Assembly (NCBI RefSeq): GCF_030684315.1
Contig: NC_081365.1
Span: forward strand, 36,607,394-36,671,393
Length of the DNA stretch: 64,000 bases
Direction: 5' to 3'
Source of the DNA: Stegostoma tigrinum
Lineage: Eukaryota
Made by a program: the position numbers and the translations under genes. This document shows, piece by piece, positions 23,250 through 34,449 of the stretch (position 1 is its first letter; every line of letters starts with the position of its first letter). Under the pieces are notes generated by a model. That model was not told where the DNA came from. It saw nothing but the letters and a program-made list of their open reading frames with translations, and made no database searches.

Positions 23250-25330
23250 ATACACAGAAAAATCAGAGAGATGTACAGCACAGAAACTGGCCTCTCGGTC
23301 CAACTCGTCCAAGCCGACCAGATGTCATAAATAAATCTAGTTCTGTTTGCCATTATCTGGCTCCTGTCTGTCTGAATTCTTCCTTTGCATATAACCATTC
23401 AGATGTCTTTTAAATATTGTAATTGTACCAGCCTCCACCACTTCCCCTGGCAGCTCATTCCATACATGCACCACCCTCTGCGTGAAAGAGTTACCCCTTT
23501 CAACTTAAACCTGTTCCCTCTAGTTTTAGGCTTTTCCCCGGGTTGAGGGAGACCTTGCCTATTTACCCTATCCATGCCCCTCATGATTTTATAAACCTTC
23601 AGAAGGTCAGCCTCCAACATTCCAGGAAAAGTGGCACCTGTCTATTCAATCTGTCTATAACCCTAACCCTCCAACACTGGCAAAATCATTGTAAATCTTT
23701 TCTGAACCCTTTCAAGTTTCAGAACATCCTTCCTATTGCTGGGATACCAGAATTGCAAGCAATAGTCCAATACTCCAAAGGTGGCCTAACCAATGTCCTG
23801 TACATTTGCAACCTGACCTCCCAACGGTTAATTTCAACACAATGAACAATAAAAGCAAGCATACCAAGCATCTTCATCACTATACTATCCAATTGTGACT
23901 CCACTTTCAAGGAACTATGAGCCTGCACTCCAAGGTCTTTGTTCAGCAACACTCCCCAGGGCTAGCGAGTTTTGAGAAGATTCGTAGCTCAGGTTGAGGT
24001 TCTGGATGTGAGTTTGCTCACTGAGCTGGAAGGTTCGTTTTCAGACATTTCGTCACCATTCTAGGTAACATCATCAGTGAGCCTCCGGTGAAGCGCTGGT
24101 GTCACGTCCCGCTTTTTATTTATCTGTTTAGGTTTCCTTGGATTGATGTCATTTCCTGCATTGGTGATGTCATTTCCTGTTCTTTTTCTCAGAGGGTGGT
24201 AGATGGGTTCTAAATCAATGTGTTTGTTGATGGAGTTCCGGTTGGAATGCCATGCTTCTAGGAATTCTCATGCGTGTCTCTGTTTGGCTTGTCCTAGGGT
24301 GCATGTGTTGTCCCAATCAAAGTGGTGTCCTTCCTCATCTGTATGTAAGGATACTAGTGATAGTGGGTCATGTCACTCCCCAAGACCTTACCATTAAGTG
24401 TACAAGTCCTGCCCTGATTTTCCTTTCCAAAATGCAGCGTCTCTCATTTATCTAAATTAAACTCCATCTACCACTCCTTAGCCCATCTAACATAGAGACA
24501 AGATCCTGTTGTACTCGAGGTAACCTTCTCCACTGTCCACTTCACCTCCAATTTTGTTGTCTTTGGCAAGCTTACTAACCATATTGTCTACATTCGGATC
24601 CAAATCATTTATATTAAAATAACAAAATGCAGTGGACTCAGCACTGAATCTTATAGCACACCCATGGTCACAGGCCACCAGTCTGAAAAGCAACCCTCCA
24701 AGTGGCTAGTTCTCCCTGTATTCAATGCGATCTAATCTTGCTAACCAGTTTACCATGAAGAATCTTGTTGAATGCCTTACCAAAGTCCATAGAGATCATG
24801 TCGACTGCTCTGACCTTGTCAATCCTCTTTGTTACTTCTTCAAAAATCTCAATTAAGTTAGACAGACAGAATTTTCAACACACAAAGCCATGTTGACTAT
24901 TCTGAATCAGTCCTTGCCTTTCCAAATAAATGTAAACCCTGTCCCTCAGGATTCTCTCCACCAATGTGCCCACCACTAATTTCAGGTTCACCAGTCTATA
25001 GCTCCCTGGCTTTTCCTTCCCACCTTTCTTAAATAGTGGCACGGCATTAAACAACCTCTGGTCTTGCGGCACCTCAACTATGGCTATCGATGATACAAAT
25101 TTCTCAGCAAGGGGCCCAGCAATCACTTCCTTAACTTCCCACAGAGTTCCAGGTTATTTATGCATTTTAAGCCTTCCAGCACCACCACCTCTGTAATATG
25201 GATATTTTTCAAGATGTTGCTATTTCCCCACATTCTATATCTTCCATAGTACACACTGATGCAAAATACTCATTCGTATCTTTACCATTTCCTACAGTTC
25301 CACACATAGGCAGCCTTGTTGCTCTTTAAT
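23250..25330 (-). mobile_element. CR1 LINE RT/3' region, interrupted by a Penelope insertion
   Basis: Several minus-strand ORF pieces: PLFKKGGKEKPGSYRLVNL, SQHGFV, YRTLVRPPLEY, DLLKVYKIMRGMDRV. Confidence 0.9.
23963..24373 (-). mobile_element. Penelope-like element family A, tailed 3' fragment with hammerhead at 24041-24080
   Basis: Homologous to 36111-36500. TSD CACTCCCCA at 23950-23958 and 24374-24382, inside the CR1. Confidence 0.9.
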
Positions 25331-26298
25331 TAGGGCTGTAGTATGCAATGCAAAGGAGAATGCGTCACACCTGGGGCCGTAGCACTAGCTCACAGGCATC
25401 TTGAATCCTTTGTTTCATTAAAATTTTAACTGCAAAAGTAACGAACATTCCATTTGATTTTCCAAGACAAGAGTAATCTCTTGAGGCTTTACCACACAAT
25501 GACTAAACTTTAAAAGTGCTCAATCTTCTGCAATGCGCTTTGAGACGCCCGGTGGTTGTACAAATTGCTAAGAGACTTTCTGTTACCAGACAATTGATTA
25601 GGATATCTACTAGGAAGCAGCAAGTGGTTTTGTTGCAAATTCCTAAGCAGCTAACCTGCAGTACACGTGATCTAGCAAACCGTACTAAACGTTATTTTTT
25701 CCTTTAAAATTAAAATTAAAATTAAAAAGTGGTTCTAATGGTTAAGCATACTTCGTAAGAAGCACAGACCACGAAGGTAACAAATCTGATACGGTGTAAA
25801 TGAAGTAAGTGCTACTGAAAAAAAGGACACATTTTGTCGAAACTTGCATTTGTACTCATCAGGACGTTTCACAAAAATGCCAATTCAGGGTGAAAACCAA
25901 CGGACACCATGGGCCAAAGAGCCCCTTTCCAAACTGTGAAGACTCTGTGACTATAACAAGTGTTGCATTTATGAAACAGTGAAATGTGAGCGTTGTGCAG
26001 AGTCCATTGAACCGACTTTTTTTTGGGGGGAACAAAGTCCAAAAGCACTCGGGACCACGCTTAATCGGTGGCGGCCTTTGAAAGCAGCAGCTGCCGAATG
26101 CCCTCCCTCTGTCCTCGGCTCAGACCCCGACCTTTCCGTTCCTCCTGCATCCCCGGGTATCTACAGCCCATATGCGGCTAGGGTAGGGGGCTCCTGAAGG
26201 ACGAACCTCGGAGCGAACACACCAGCCACCTCCGGGCGGGCCCGTTCATCATTCCGATTACCGGTACCGTTTCCCTCTCCGCCCGCCGCGGCCCGTAC

Positions 26299-26349
26299 CT
26301 GGAACTCGGAGAAATCCTGACAATTCAGCTCCTCACTGGGCGCCGCCAT
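26299..26349 (-). CDS. MIX23: MIX23/CCDC58 mitochondrial matrix import factor, coding exon 1 of 5
   Basis: AAGATGGCG start context; encodes MAAPSEELNCQDFSEFQ; GTACGG donor; lies in a CpG island. Confidence 0.95.
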
Positions 26350-26776
26350 CTTGTTGCCCTCCTCCGAGGACCCGGATCTGGGGGCTGCCCTCGGCACCGC
26401 CTGACAGGACAGCGTTTGGGTGGGGGAGACCACAAACAGGTGTCGCCGCGAGCGGCGGGGGTTGGCTTATTGGTAACCGACTGCAAAACAAATGTCTCAC
26501 AAGTGTGGTTAAAAAAAGGACATAATGTACCGTCGACGAAGCTGCCAGCCAAGTGCCAGTGACGGGTTTAAAATCTGATTTGTTTTCCCTCTTTAATAAA
26601 AACGCGATTACTATTCGTCTCCCTCCTGAAACCCGCCCCGGTTAAGGTGGGCCCACGCCTCCCGCTTTTAAGACACCGACTCTAAGCGCCTCGACTATAG
26701 AATGGGAGGCTGCGCTGGGGCGACCTCCGGACTCGCGGGTTAGAGTCGGCTGTAGGCAGGCGGTCGGGCCTCGGGA

Positions 26777-26912
26777 ATGTGGAGTTACGTGGGCCCAGTG
26801 GCCGGACGCCTGACCCTGGCGCTCAGCGCAGACCGACAGAGGCTCCAGCGGTTTTGCGGCAAACCCCCGCAGGGAGAAGGCTCGGTGACGCAGGCCAGAG
26901 CCCAGGCTGAAG
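26777..26912 (+). CDS. FAM162A: FAM162A coding exon 1 of 4 (mitochondrial presequence-like N-terminus)
   Basis: Encodes MWSYVGPVAGRLTLALSADRQRLQRFCGKPPQGEGSVTQARAQAE+G, with an FCxKP motif. The AG|GTACGC donor is phase 1 and fits the next exon. The start codon is the least certain part. Confidence 0.75.
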
Positions 26913-27148
26913 GTACGCTACGGGCTTGGTCCCCAACCGCAGAGGGGCCCGGGGAGAGTGATTGCCCTTGACATTGAGGCTGCCCTCGACCCGGCGTGGC
27001 GTTCAGACAGCCCTGGTGTGGCCCGAGTCAAGGGATTACGGAGTCGTGGGTGTTGGGTCTGGTGGTCAGCCTTCTCCGCACCAGGGTATGTCTTCAAGTG
27101 TACCCTCAGAATAATGTCCTAGGCTCAACCAAACTCAGCTACTTCGTA

Positions 27149-27334
27149 GATAATAAAATGTGAGGCTGGATGAACACAGCAGGCCAAGCAGCATCTCAGG
27201 AGCACAAAAGCTGACGTTTCGGGCCTAGACCCTTCATCATTTTGTGCTCCTGAGATGCTGCTTGGCCTGCTGTGTTCATCCAGCCTCACATTTTATTATC
27301 TTGGAATCTCCAGCATCTGCAGTTCCCATTATCT
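27149..27334. mobile_element. Fold-back Penelope-derived mini-element family B (apex partly deleted)
   Basis: Perfect inverted arms 27149-27209 and 27240-27300, with the tail on the right. TSD CTCAGCTACTTCGTA at 27134-27148 and 27335-27349. Confidence 0.9.
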
Positions 27335-27709
27335 CTCAGCTACTTCGTAAATGACTTTCTCTTTATCAGAGGGTCAGAAGTAAGTGTGACTCTGGTATGA
27401 CTTCCTCAGCTGAAGAGGCAGTCGTACTTGTTAACTCCGTTTCTCTCGCCGCAGATGCTGCCAGACCTGCTGAGTTTCAGATTTCCAGGACCTGCAGTAT
27501 TTTGTGCAATGTTCGGTGCCATTTCTGACTTCTCAGATACTGAAGCAAGTCACAGTTGTGATGTACAAGTGTCACCTGCAACAAGAGACAATCTGACGAC
27601 CCCCTTTCCCTCCCTATCCTCGCCACCATCACCCTTGAAGTTCAATAGCATTACCATCACTGAATCCATATGCTGAACATTAGCACTGATCAAAAACTTA
27701 ACTCGACTA

Positions 27710-28050
27710 GGGAAGCTGGTGGCTCAGTGGTTAGCACCACTGCTTCATAGCGCTAGGGACCCAGGTTCTGTTACAGCCTTGGGCAGTCGTGTGTGTGGAA
27801 TTCACACATTCTCCCTGTGTCTGCATGGGTTTCTGGTTTCCTCCCACAGTCCAGAGATGTGCAGGTTAAGTGGATTGGCCATGTTAAATTGCCTGTAGTG
27901 TTGAGGGATATGTAGGGTTAGGTGGGTTAGCCACAGGGAGTTGGCTTACAGGCAAGGGATAGGGGATGGGTGTGGGTGGGATGCTTTTTGGAAGGTTGGC
28001 GTAGAATTGTCTGGCCAGAGACCTTGTTTCCACACTGTAGGGATTCTATG
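27710..28050 (+). mobile_element. HE1-like tRNA-derived SINE
   Basis: Box A TGGCTCAGTGG, a degenerate box B, the GATGTGCAGGTTAAGTGGATTGGCCATG core and a GGGATTCTATG tail. Confidence 0.85.
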
Positions 28051-28089
28051 AATTTGAAAAAAAGAGTTGAGTGAGCATGGACTTGTGAC

Positions 28090-28575
28090 ATTGGAATTGA
28101 CTTTGGATTCCTAGTGGCTTCTGCTTTGAGATGGTCCTAGTGCTGACTCATGGCTGTTGTGGCAGAGGTGAATTTGGGTTTTCAATGATGTACCCCTACT
28201 GCTGATGTTGCTGGTTCTAGTACTGGGCCTATAGTGGCAGAGTCAAGTTTGGGTCACTGGTGTCCGCATTGGCGAGGATGTTGGTGAAGGTGAGATAGCA
28301 GCAAAGAGTAATGACTTTCATTCCAATGGGGGCTGCATGATGGAGACTCATGCCTGGCAGGCAGACCCATGGTGGAGCACTTAACAAGAAAAATTGTAAA
28401 AGTCAAACACTCCTTAAAAATTTTGTTTTTTTTTGTTTTTCTGCCTTTTATATTCAATGTTTTGATTTATTTATCTGTGTTTTAGGATGATGCTGGACAG
28501 TGGCGACACTATACAATACTTTTCACTATTTTGTAACAAAATACACATAATAATTAATAAATAAATCAAATCAAC
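28090..28575 (+). repeat. Unclassified interspersed repeat, same family as 15520-16140
   Basis: Shared internal sequence and an AATAAATAAATCAAATCAA 3' tail. Confidence 0.7.
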
Positions 28576-29484
28576 AATTCGCTAGAAATCCTCCTTTTGA
28601 CCTCGCCTTCCTCCCCTGTTCTCAATCTCTCCTTCCCCACCTCTCTCTCTCCCAACATTGCCATCACACCCTCCTAAGAATAATATTCCTCATTTTCCAG
28701 TGCTTGGATACAAAAGAAGGTAACACACGTTCAAGGTCAATTGATAAAGTTTGCTAAGTGAAAAGGAACAGAGTTCAACAAGCCCAGATTGCGCATTTCT
28801 GATAAGTCTGACAAACAAAGCTTAAGTTCTTTTCAAAGTTCTTAAGCTTGGTCAACATGGCACACCTTTTTATTATATTACTGAGAATCCTAAAAGAAAA
28901 TGAGATGAAATTGAGCGTAGCTTTTGTTTCATAAATTACAGTTGTATAAAACGTAAGTTTACTAATTCGTACTGGACCCTTACCTCAGAGTTATTCACCA
29001 ATAAAATCACGGAGCATGAGCATTTCTGGAAAGGCCAACATTTATTGTACATCTCTAATTTACCCTGAGAAAGTTCGATGTGAAGTAGCTGCATACAAAG
29101 TGTAAATAGGGAATCGTTCCAGGATTTTGACTCGGCAATTTTTGACTCCAATGTTTTCAGATGATAGATACGCAACTGGTATTACACGTAGGGTGAACAC
29201 TGCAAACCTTATGTAACAAAGGTGTGATCTTCATTCCCTAGATAATATTGCTTATAATGTGCCAAGAAAGTAAACTCTTGATTGTTAGTGACATGGGTCA
29301 GCTAGTGGGAAAGAACAGTAACCAAAAAACTATCTATGTCAGTCTTGAAATTGTAACATCTACACTGAAGGAAGGAAAGATTCACTTTTCTATTGTGTGT
29401 TTCTTATCTTTGGTTGTAACGTACTGTGTGATATCCCAATGAGGAATTTTTGATATGTTGTTAGTGTTATAGGAAACACTGCAA

Positions 29485-29955
29485 TCATAGAGTCAGACAG
29501 CACAGAAACAGATCCTTCTGTCTATGCTGATCATTATCCCAAACTCAGCTAGTTCCACCTGCCTGTGCTTGGTCCATCCCCCTCCAAATATTTCTTATTC
29601 ATGTATTTATCCAAATGTTTTTTAAATGTTGTAACAGTACTTGCATCTGCCAATTCATCTGGAAGTTAATTCCACACATGTGAACCACTTGTGCTTTTTT
29701 TAAAAAAAATACACTGCCCCTTGTGTTTTTTTTTTAATCTTTCTCACCTTTACAAATATTCCCCCTTGTCTTGTAATCTCCCACTCTAAGGAAAAGAACC
29801 TGCCATTCACATTATCTATACCCCTTATGATTTTGAATCTCTGGAAGGTCACATCCCTCTAACACCTACACTCGAGTGAAAAAAGTGTCAACCTATCTAG
29901 CTTCTTTCCCCATAACTCAAATGCACCATTCCTCACAACATCCTGGTAAATGCCG
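29485..29955 (-). mobile_element. CR1 LINE 3' fragment
   Basis: Similar to 23260-23700. Confidence 0.75.
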
Positions 29956-29959
29956 TCTC

Positions 29960-30235
29960 AGTTTGTACATAATAAGGTCCCACAAATAGCATTGAGGTCA
30001 CCAGAAAATATCATAATTTGGTGATAGTGGTTGAGAAATAACTGCTGACCAGGACACTGCTACTCTTTGAATAGTGTTATGGAAGCTTTTACAGTCATCT
30101 GAGAGGGCACTTAATAAAATGTTAAAATCAGAACTGACATGTCAGTCGAGAGTTTACGTGCTTAAATCTCTGTATCGGGACTTGGCCACAACCTTCTGAT
30201 TCCAAATTGAGAGTATACAGCTGAGCCAAAGCTAG
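29960..30235 (-). mobile_element. SacSINE1/DeuSINE-like element
   Basis: Minus-strand tRNA-like head (TGGCTCAG...AATCAGAAGGTTGTGG..CAAGTCCC) plus a core shared with 49440-49760. Confidence 0.65.
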
Positions 30236-30348
30236 CTTGTACTTTTGACATTTTATATTCTACAAGTTTGGTATAATGCATGCTAGTTTATAAGGGACCT
30301 GTGACCCATGAAAATATGTTGTATTTTGTGGTGTTTTTTTTTCCTCAG

Positions 30349-30457
30349 GACGTCCAGCTTTCAAATTGCCAGGATACAAACCCTCTAGTTTTGATAAAAA
30401 GATGTTGGTGTGGAGTGGTCGATTCAAACGAGAAGCAGATATACCAGCTGCGGTTTC
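30349..30457 (+). CDS. FAM162A: FAM162A coding exon 2 of 4
   Basis: Poly-T plus CAG acceptor; encodes (G)RPAFKLPGYKPSSFDKKMLVWSGRFKREADIPAAV(S), containing the FAM162 KP..DKK.L.WSGRFK...IP motif; GTAAGT donor. Confidence 0.95.
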
Positions 30458-31789
30458 GTAAGTGGTGAAACGGGTATGGGATCCAGTTGGTTGGTGACTT
30501 TTTAAATTGGGGTGTTGATACTACCTTCCTTGGTAAACAATTTTTATTTTGTCATCATTCTCACCATAAGCAACAGTAACAGCCGAAAACAAATGAAGAT
30601 GACAACAGCTGAGATGTTTGTGTATTGTGGTCTGGTTTGAGCAGATATTGGGCATTGAAGTGTTCTTACTATTTGTTACTGAGAACAGTTGCACATTAAT
30701 GTTATAGGCATTTATCTGCGTGTGTAAGCCACTACAGGAGTCAGAATGAAAACATTCCTATACCTACCAATTCACTTGCTCCATATGTTGGTTTCTGTTC
30801 ATATCACTGTTATAATATTGCTGTTGCCTTTCTCACAGATGTCCAGCATGCAATCTGGTTTTGTTTTCCCAGGTGCTCTGGGAGGTTTTGCTTTACATTA
30901 AAGCTGCTGTTGAAATACATGTTGCTCTGTGACTGCTTTCATTCCTATATATATCACTTATTAATTACACTGAAAATGTCATTGTAACAGTTAGAATCCA
31001 AGTCTCCCAGACCATGTCTGGTTTGGTGGTAAGATTCTTTCTACTGCCATTTATCCTGAACTTTTGCCTCGACTGTGCTGCAGTAATGCAGATTAAAGGC
31101 CATTCCTTTATGTGAGACAACTCCCTCACTGCATACTCCACTTCCTCACCAAATTTTCACAAACTCCATCCTCCCTAATTAATAGAAATATTAACTGTGT
31201 GTAATGCAGGGGCCAGAGGTACTGACAGAGCTTTGAATTTCCTTCACATTAGAAATAATCCAAATGCTTGGTACCCTTGGGAGGGCAGCAGTGTTGGAGA
31301 GGGTCTCTTCCTTTTTGTGCATTTGGGGACTGATTTGTCAGTGTATTGGTGCTCACCTTTTCAGACCTATTCCTAAATTCCTTCAGTTAATCAGTATAAA
31401 TTCAGCCACGCCCTTGCAATAGAAATTACTTTTCAACTTTATGTAAGCATCTTTTCTATTTGTTCGTGGAACATAACAGCTGCTAGCAACGCCAGCATTT
31501 ATTACAATCTCTAATGCCTGTGAAAAAGAAGTGGTGAGTCACCCTCTATCACCGCAGTCTATATGGCATAGGAATACCCATAGTACTGTTAGAATCCCAG
31601 GATTTTTATCCAATGTCAAGTGTAAAGACTGTCTTTTTAAAAAAAATTGTGCAGTAATTTTGATTGTGGACCGACATGGGAAAAAAATTGTTTAAGATCA
31701 GAGATTGTGGAGGGATTGAGATAACACGATATAGAGCTGGATGAAAACAGCAGGCCAAACAGCATCAGAGGAGCAGGAGGGATTGTTGG

Positions 31790-33560
31790 TTTTTTAAAAT
31801 GTAATTACTGACTGGCCAGTCTAACATCAGTAGGGAAAATGCTCGAATCTATTACAAAAGATATGATACTATCAGCAATGTCAACATGGATTTATGAAAG
31901 ATAAATAATTTTGATTGACAAACCCACTGGAGTTTTTAGGCCGTAACTAGTATAGATAAGGGATATATGTGGTTTATTTGGATATTCAGAAATCTTTGGA
32001 TAAAGTCCACATTAGGTTACTGTGCAAAATCTTAACACATGGGATTGGTGGTAATATACTGGAACTGATACAGAATTGATTGCCAAACAGGAAAGAATAG
32101 GAAAAATTGGGTCTTTTCTGGAGTGGAAGGTGGTGATGAATGGAATACCACAGGTATCAGTACTTAAGGACCACATCTATTCACAATATGTATCAACAGT
32201 TTGGATGATGGAATAAAGTGTAGTACTTACAAGATTTTTGACAGCACGAAACTTACCAGTAAGGGTGGTAAAGAAGATGTAAAGAAGCTTCAGGACAATT
32301 TTTAGACAGGTTAAATGAATACATGGCCGAAGCAATACGATGTGGATAAACATGAATTTGACCACTTCAGTGTGAACAGCAATGTAAGTAGTATAATTTA
32401 AATTGGAACAGATTGGGAAATATTTATTTACTAAGGGACCTGTGTGTCCTTGTACCAGTCAGTGGAAGCAAGCTTGCGAGTGCAGTAAGGAAAAAGGTTA
32501 GCCTTTGCTAAAAGGTTTGAACAGAAGAAGAGGCAAGTCTTACTGCATCTGTACAGCATCTTGGTGAGACCACACCCAGACTATTATGTAGGTAAGTGTG
32601 GAGCTGGAGGAACACAACAGGCCAAGCAGCATCAGGGGAGCAGGAAATCTGACGTTTCAGAAAAGGGTCCTGACCCAAAACGTCAGCTTTCCTGTTCCTC
32701 CAGCAACAGTGTTATCCCTGACTCCAGCATCAACAGTTCTCACTATCTCGGAGTACTATGTGCAGTTTTTATTTCCTTGCTAAGAAAAACTCCCTGACAG
32801 AGAGCGGTAAAAGGCTCACTAGGTTGATTCTGGGTAATGGCAGGTTTATCCTCTTTGGAGAGATTGGGTTGACTGGGCCTGAATTCTCTGGAGTTTCAAA
32901 GAATGAGTGGCAACATCAAATTCTGACAAGGCTAAACAGACTGGATGCAAGGATAATGTTCCCTCTAGCTAGGGAATCCAGAACAAGGTGTTACAGTCTC
33001 AGGATATGTGCAAAAATATACCCAGGTGCCTCTGTCTTGCATTGTAGAATTGCACAACCTGTTTTATATCTTTTGGTGTTCTTCCAACCAAAATATAATC
33101 ACCCTACATTTCTCTGCATTGAATCTCAAATGCCACTTACTGCCCATACCACCAACTTGTCAATGTCCTTTTTGGAGTTTCATACTATCCTCTTCACAGT
33201 TTACAATTGTTCCAAGTTTGTCATTTGCAAGCTTGTAAATTGTCCCCTGCACCCAAGATCCAAATCATTAATATCAGGAAAAACAATGGTCTCAATACTG
33301 ATCCAATGCATACCTTCCATTCTCCAAACAAATTGACCATTATACTCTGTTTTCTATCATTGAGCTAATTTTGTATCCATTTTACCATTTGTGGTTTTTG
33401 TAACATGATCTAAACCTAACTCAAAATCTGAGGTACTATATCAAATACCCCTGAAAATTCATTTTTACCATGTAGTAAGCATTAGCCTCATCAACTCTTT
33501 CTATTACTTCTTCAAAAGAACTCCTATCAAGTTAGCTAAATGCAACTTCTGCTTTATAAG
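31790..33560. mobile_element. CR1 LINE fragments (+ at ~31790-33005, - at ~33010-33560), with a degenerate Penelope fold-back at ~32595-32750
   Basis: RT motif remnants (QHGFMK, YLDIQK..DKV, GIPQVSVL) and LNRLDARIMFPLARESRTR. Confidence 0.75.
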
Positions 33561-34340
33561 TGAGGTGAGCAAAGTGAGCTGCTGGTGTTTTAAGCTCTGC
33601 CTTGTACTTCTAAATTTAGTGATGTAATTTTCTACCAGTGCCTAATAATTTAGTTCTTATTTGTTAATTATTTTGTATGGTGCCAGATGTTTAATTGAAA
33701 ATGTAAAGTAATATGTACTACCAAAATACTTGCATGTGATCCATAAAGCCTTGTTGCTTCATATTATTAAAAAGTAATTAATTTTAAAGCTGCACATGTC
33801 AATTGGCAAACTGAAATTGAGACCTAATGGAAAAACTAGAAACTTGTCAGTGTTACTCCAACCTTCTTCCTCTCTGGAAATAGTTAATGGAATTAAAAAC
33901 AAATAATAAAATTGGAATATCACAGATGGGTTCTACCTGTTCCAGACAATAAGGTTCTCTTGTTTCTGTTAACTTTTTGAAGAGGGGATATGTATAATGT
34001 ATTTTACTGAGGTCCTAAATACATTGCATTTGTCATCATATTAGCATTTTGCAGCATAAATTAAAACTGTACTCCTTTTTTTAAAAAAAAAATTGTGTAA
34101 GTTTCAAGGATAGAACTACATCATTTGTGTTGTATTCTCCATGTAGTCCTCTGTTTCAATGCATAAAATTTTATCTACTTTTTCTTTCTTAAAAGATGTG
34201 TTGATTTCTGCTTCAGCTACTCTGACAAAACAGCTTCCTTTGTTAAGAAATGGTTGCTAATGCCTCCAAATTTTAAACATAAGATAAGCATTAATTGATG
34301 TTTCAAATGTCTACATGGATAGATATGTCATTTGTTTCAG

Positions 34341-34449
34341 ATTTGAGATGATTGATGCTGCAAGGAACAAGATGAGAGTGAAAGCGAGTTATTTTATGGT
34401 GATCATGACTGTTGTTGCCTGTATTGGAACAATAATCTCTGGGAAGAAG
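34341..34449 (+). CDS. FAM162A: FAM162A coding exon 3 of 4 (transmembrane segment)
   Basis: TTTCAG acceptor; encodes FEMIDAARNKMRVKASYFMVIMTVVACIGTIISGKK; GTAAGG donor. Confidence 0.96.

Larger units (their letters stand above)
26050..27060. promoter_or_regulatory. CpG island / bidirectional promoter shared by MIX23 and FAM162A
   Basis: The largest GC- and CpG-rich stretch in an otherwise CpG-depleted window. Divergent ATGs at 26349 (-) and 26777 (+). GC box CCCGCCCC at 26632-26639, ATTGG (CCAAT) at 26469-26473, and YY1 consensus CAAGATGGCGGC on the minus strand at 26342-26353. Confidence 0.85.

Noticed and set aside
25836-25865. Minus-strand GTC-CTGATGA...TTC-GAC as a further hammerhead
   Set aside because: The GAAA core is absent and stem II is poor. 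It may be a decayed copy but cannot be supported.
32758-33336. Longest ORF in the window (192 aa)
   Set aside because: It is a read-through across two oppositely oriented CR1 fragments.
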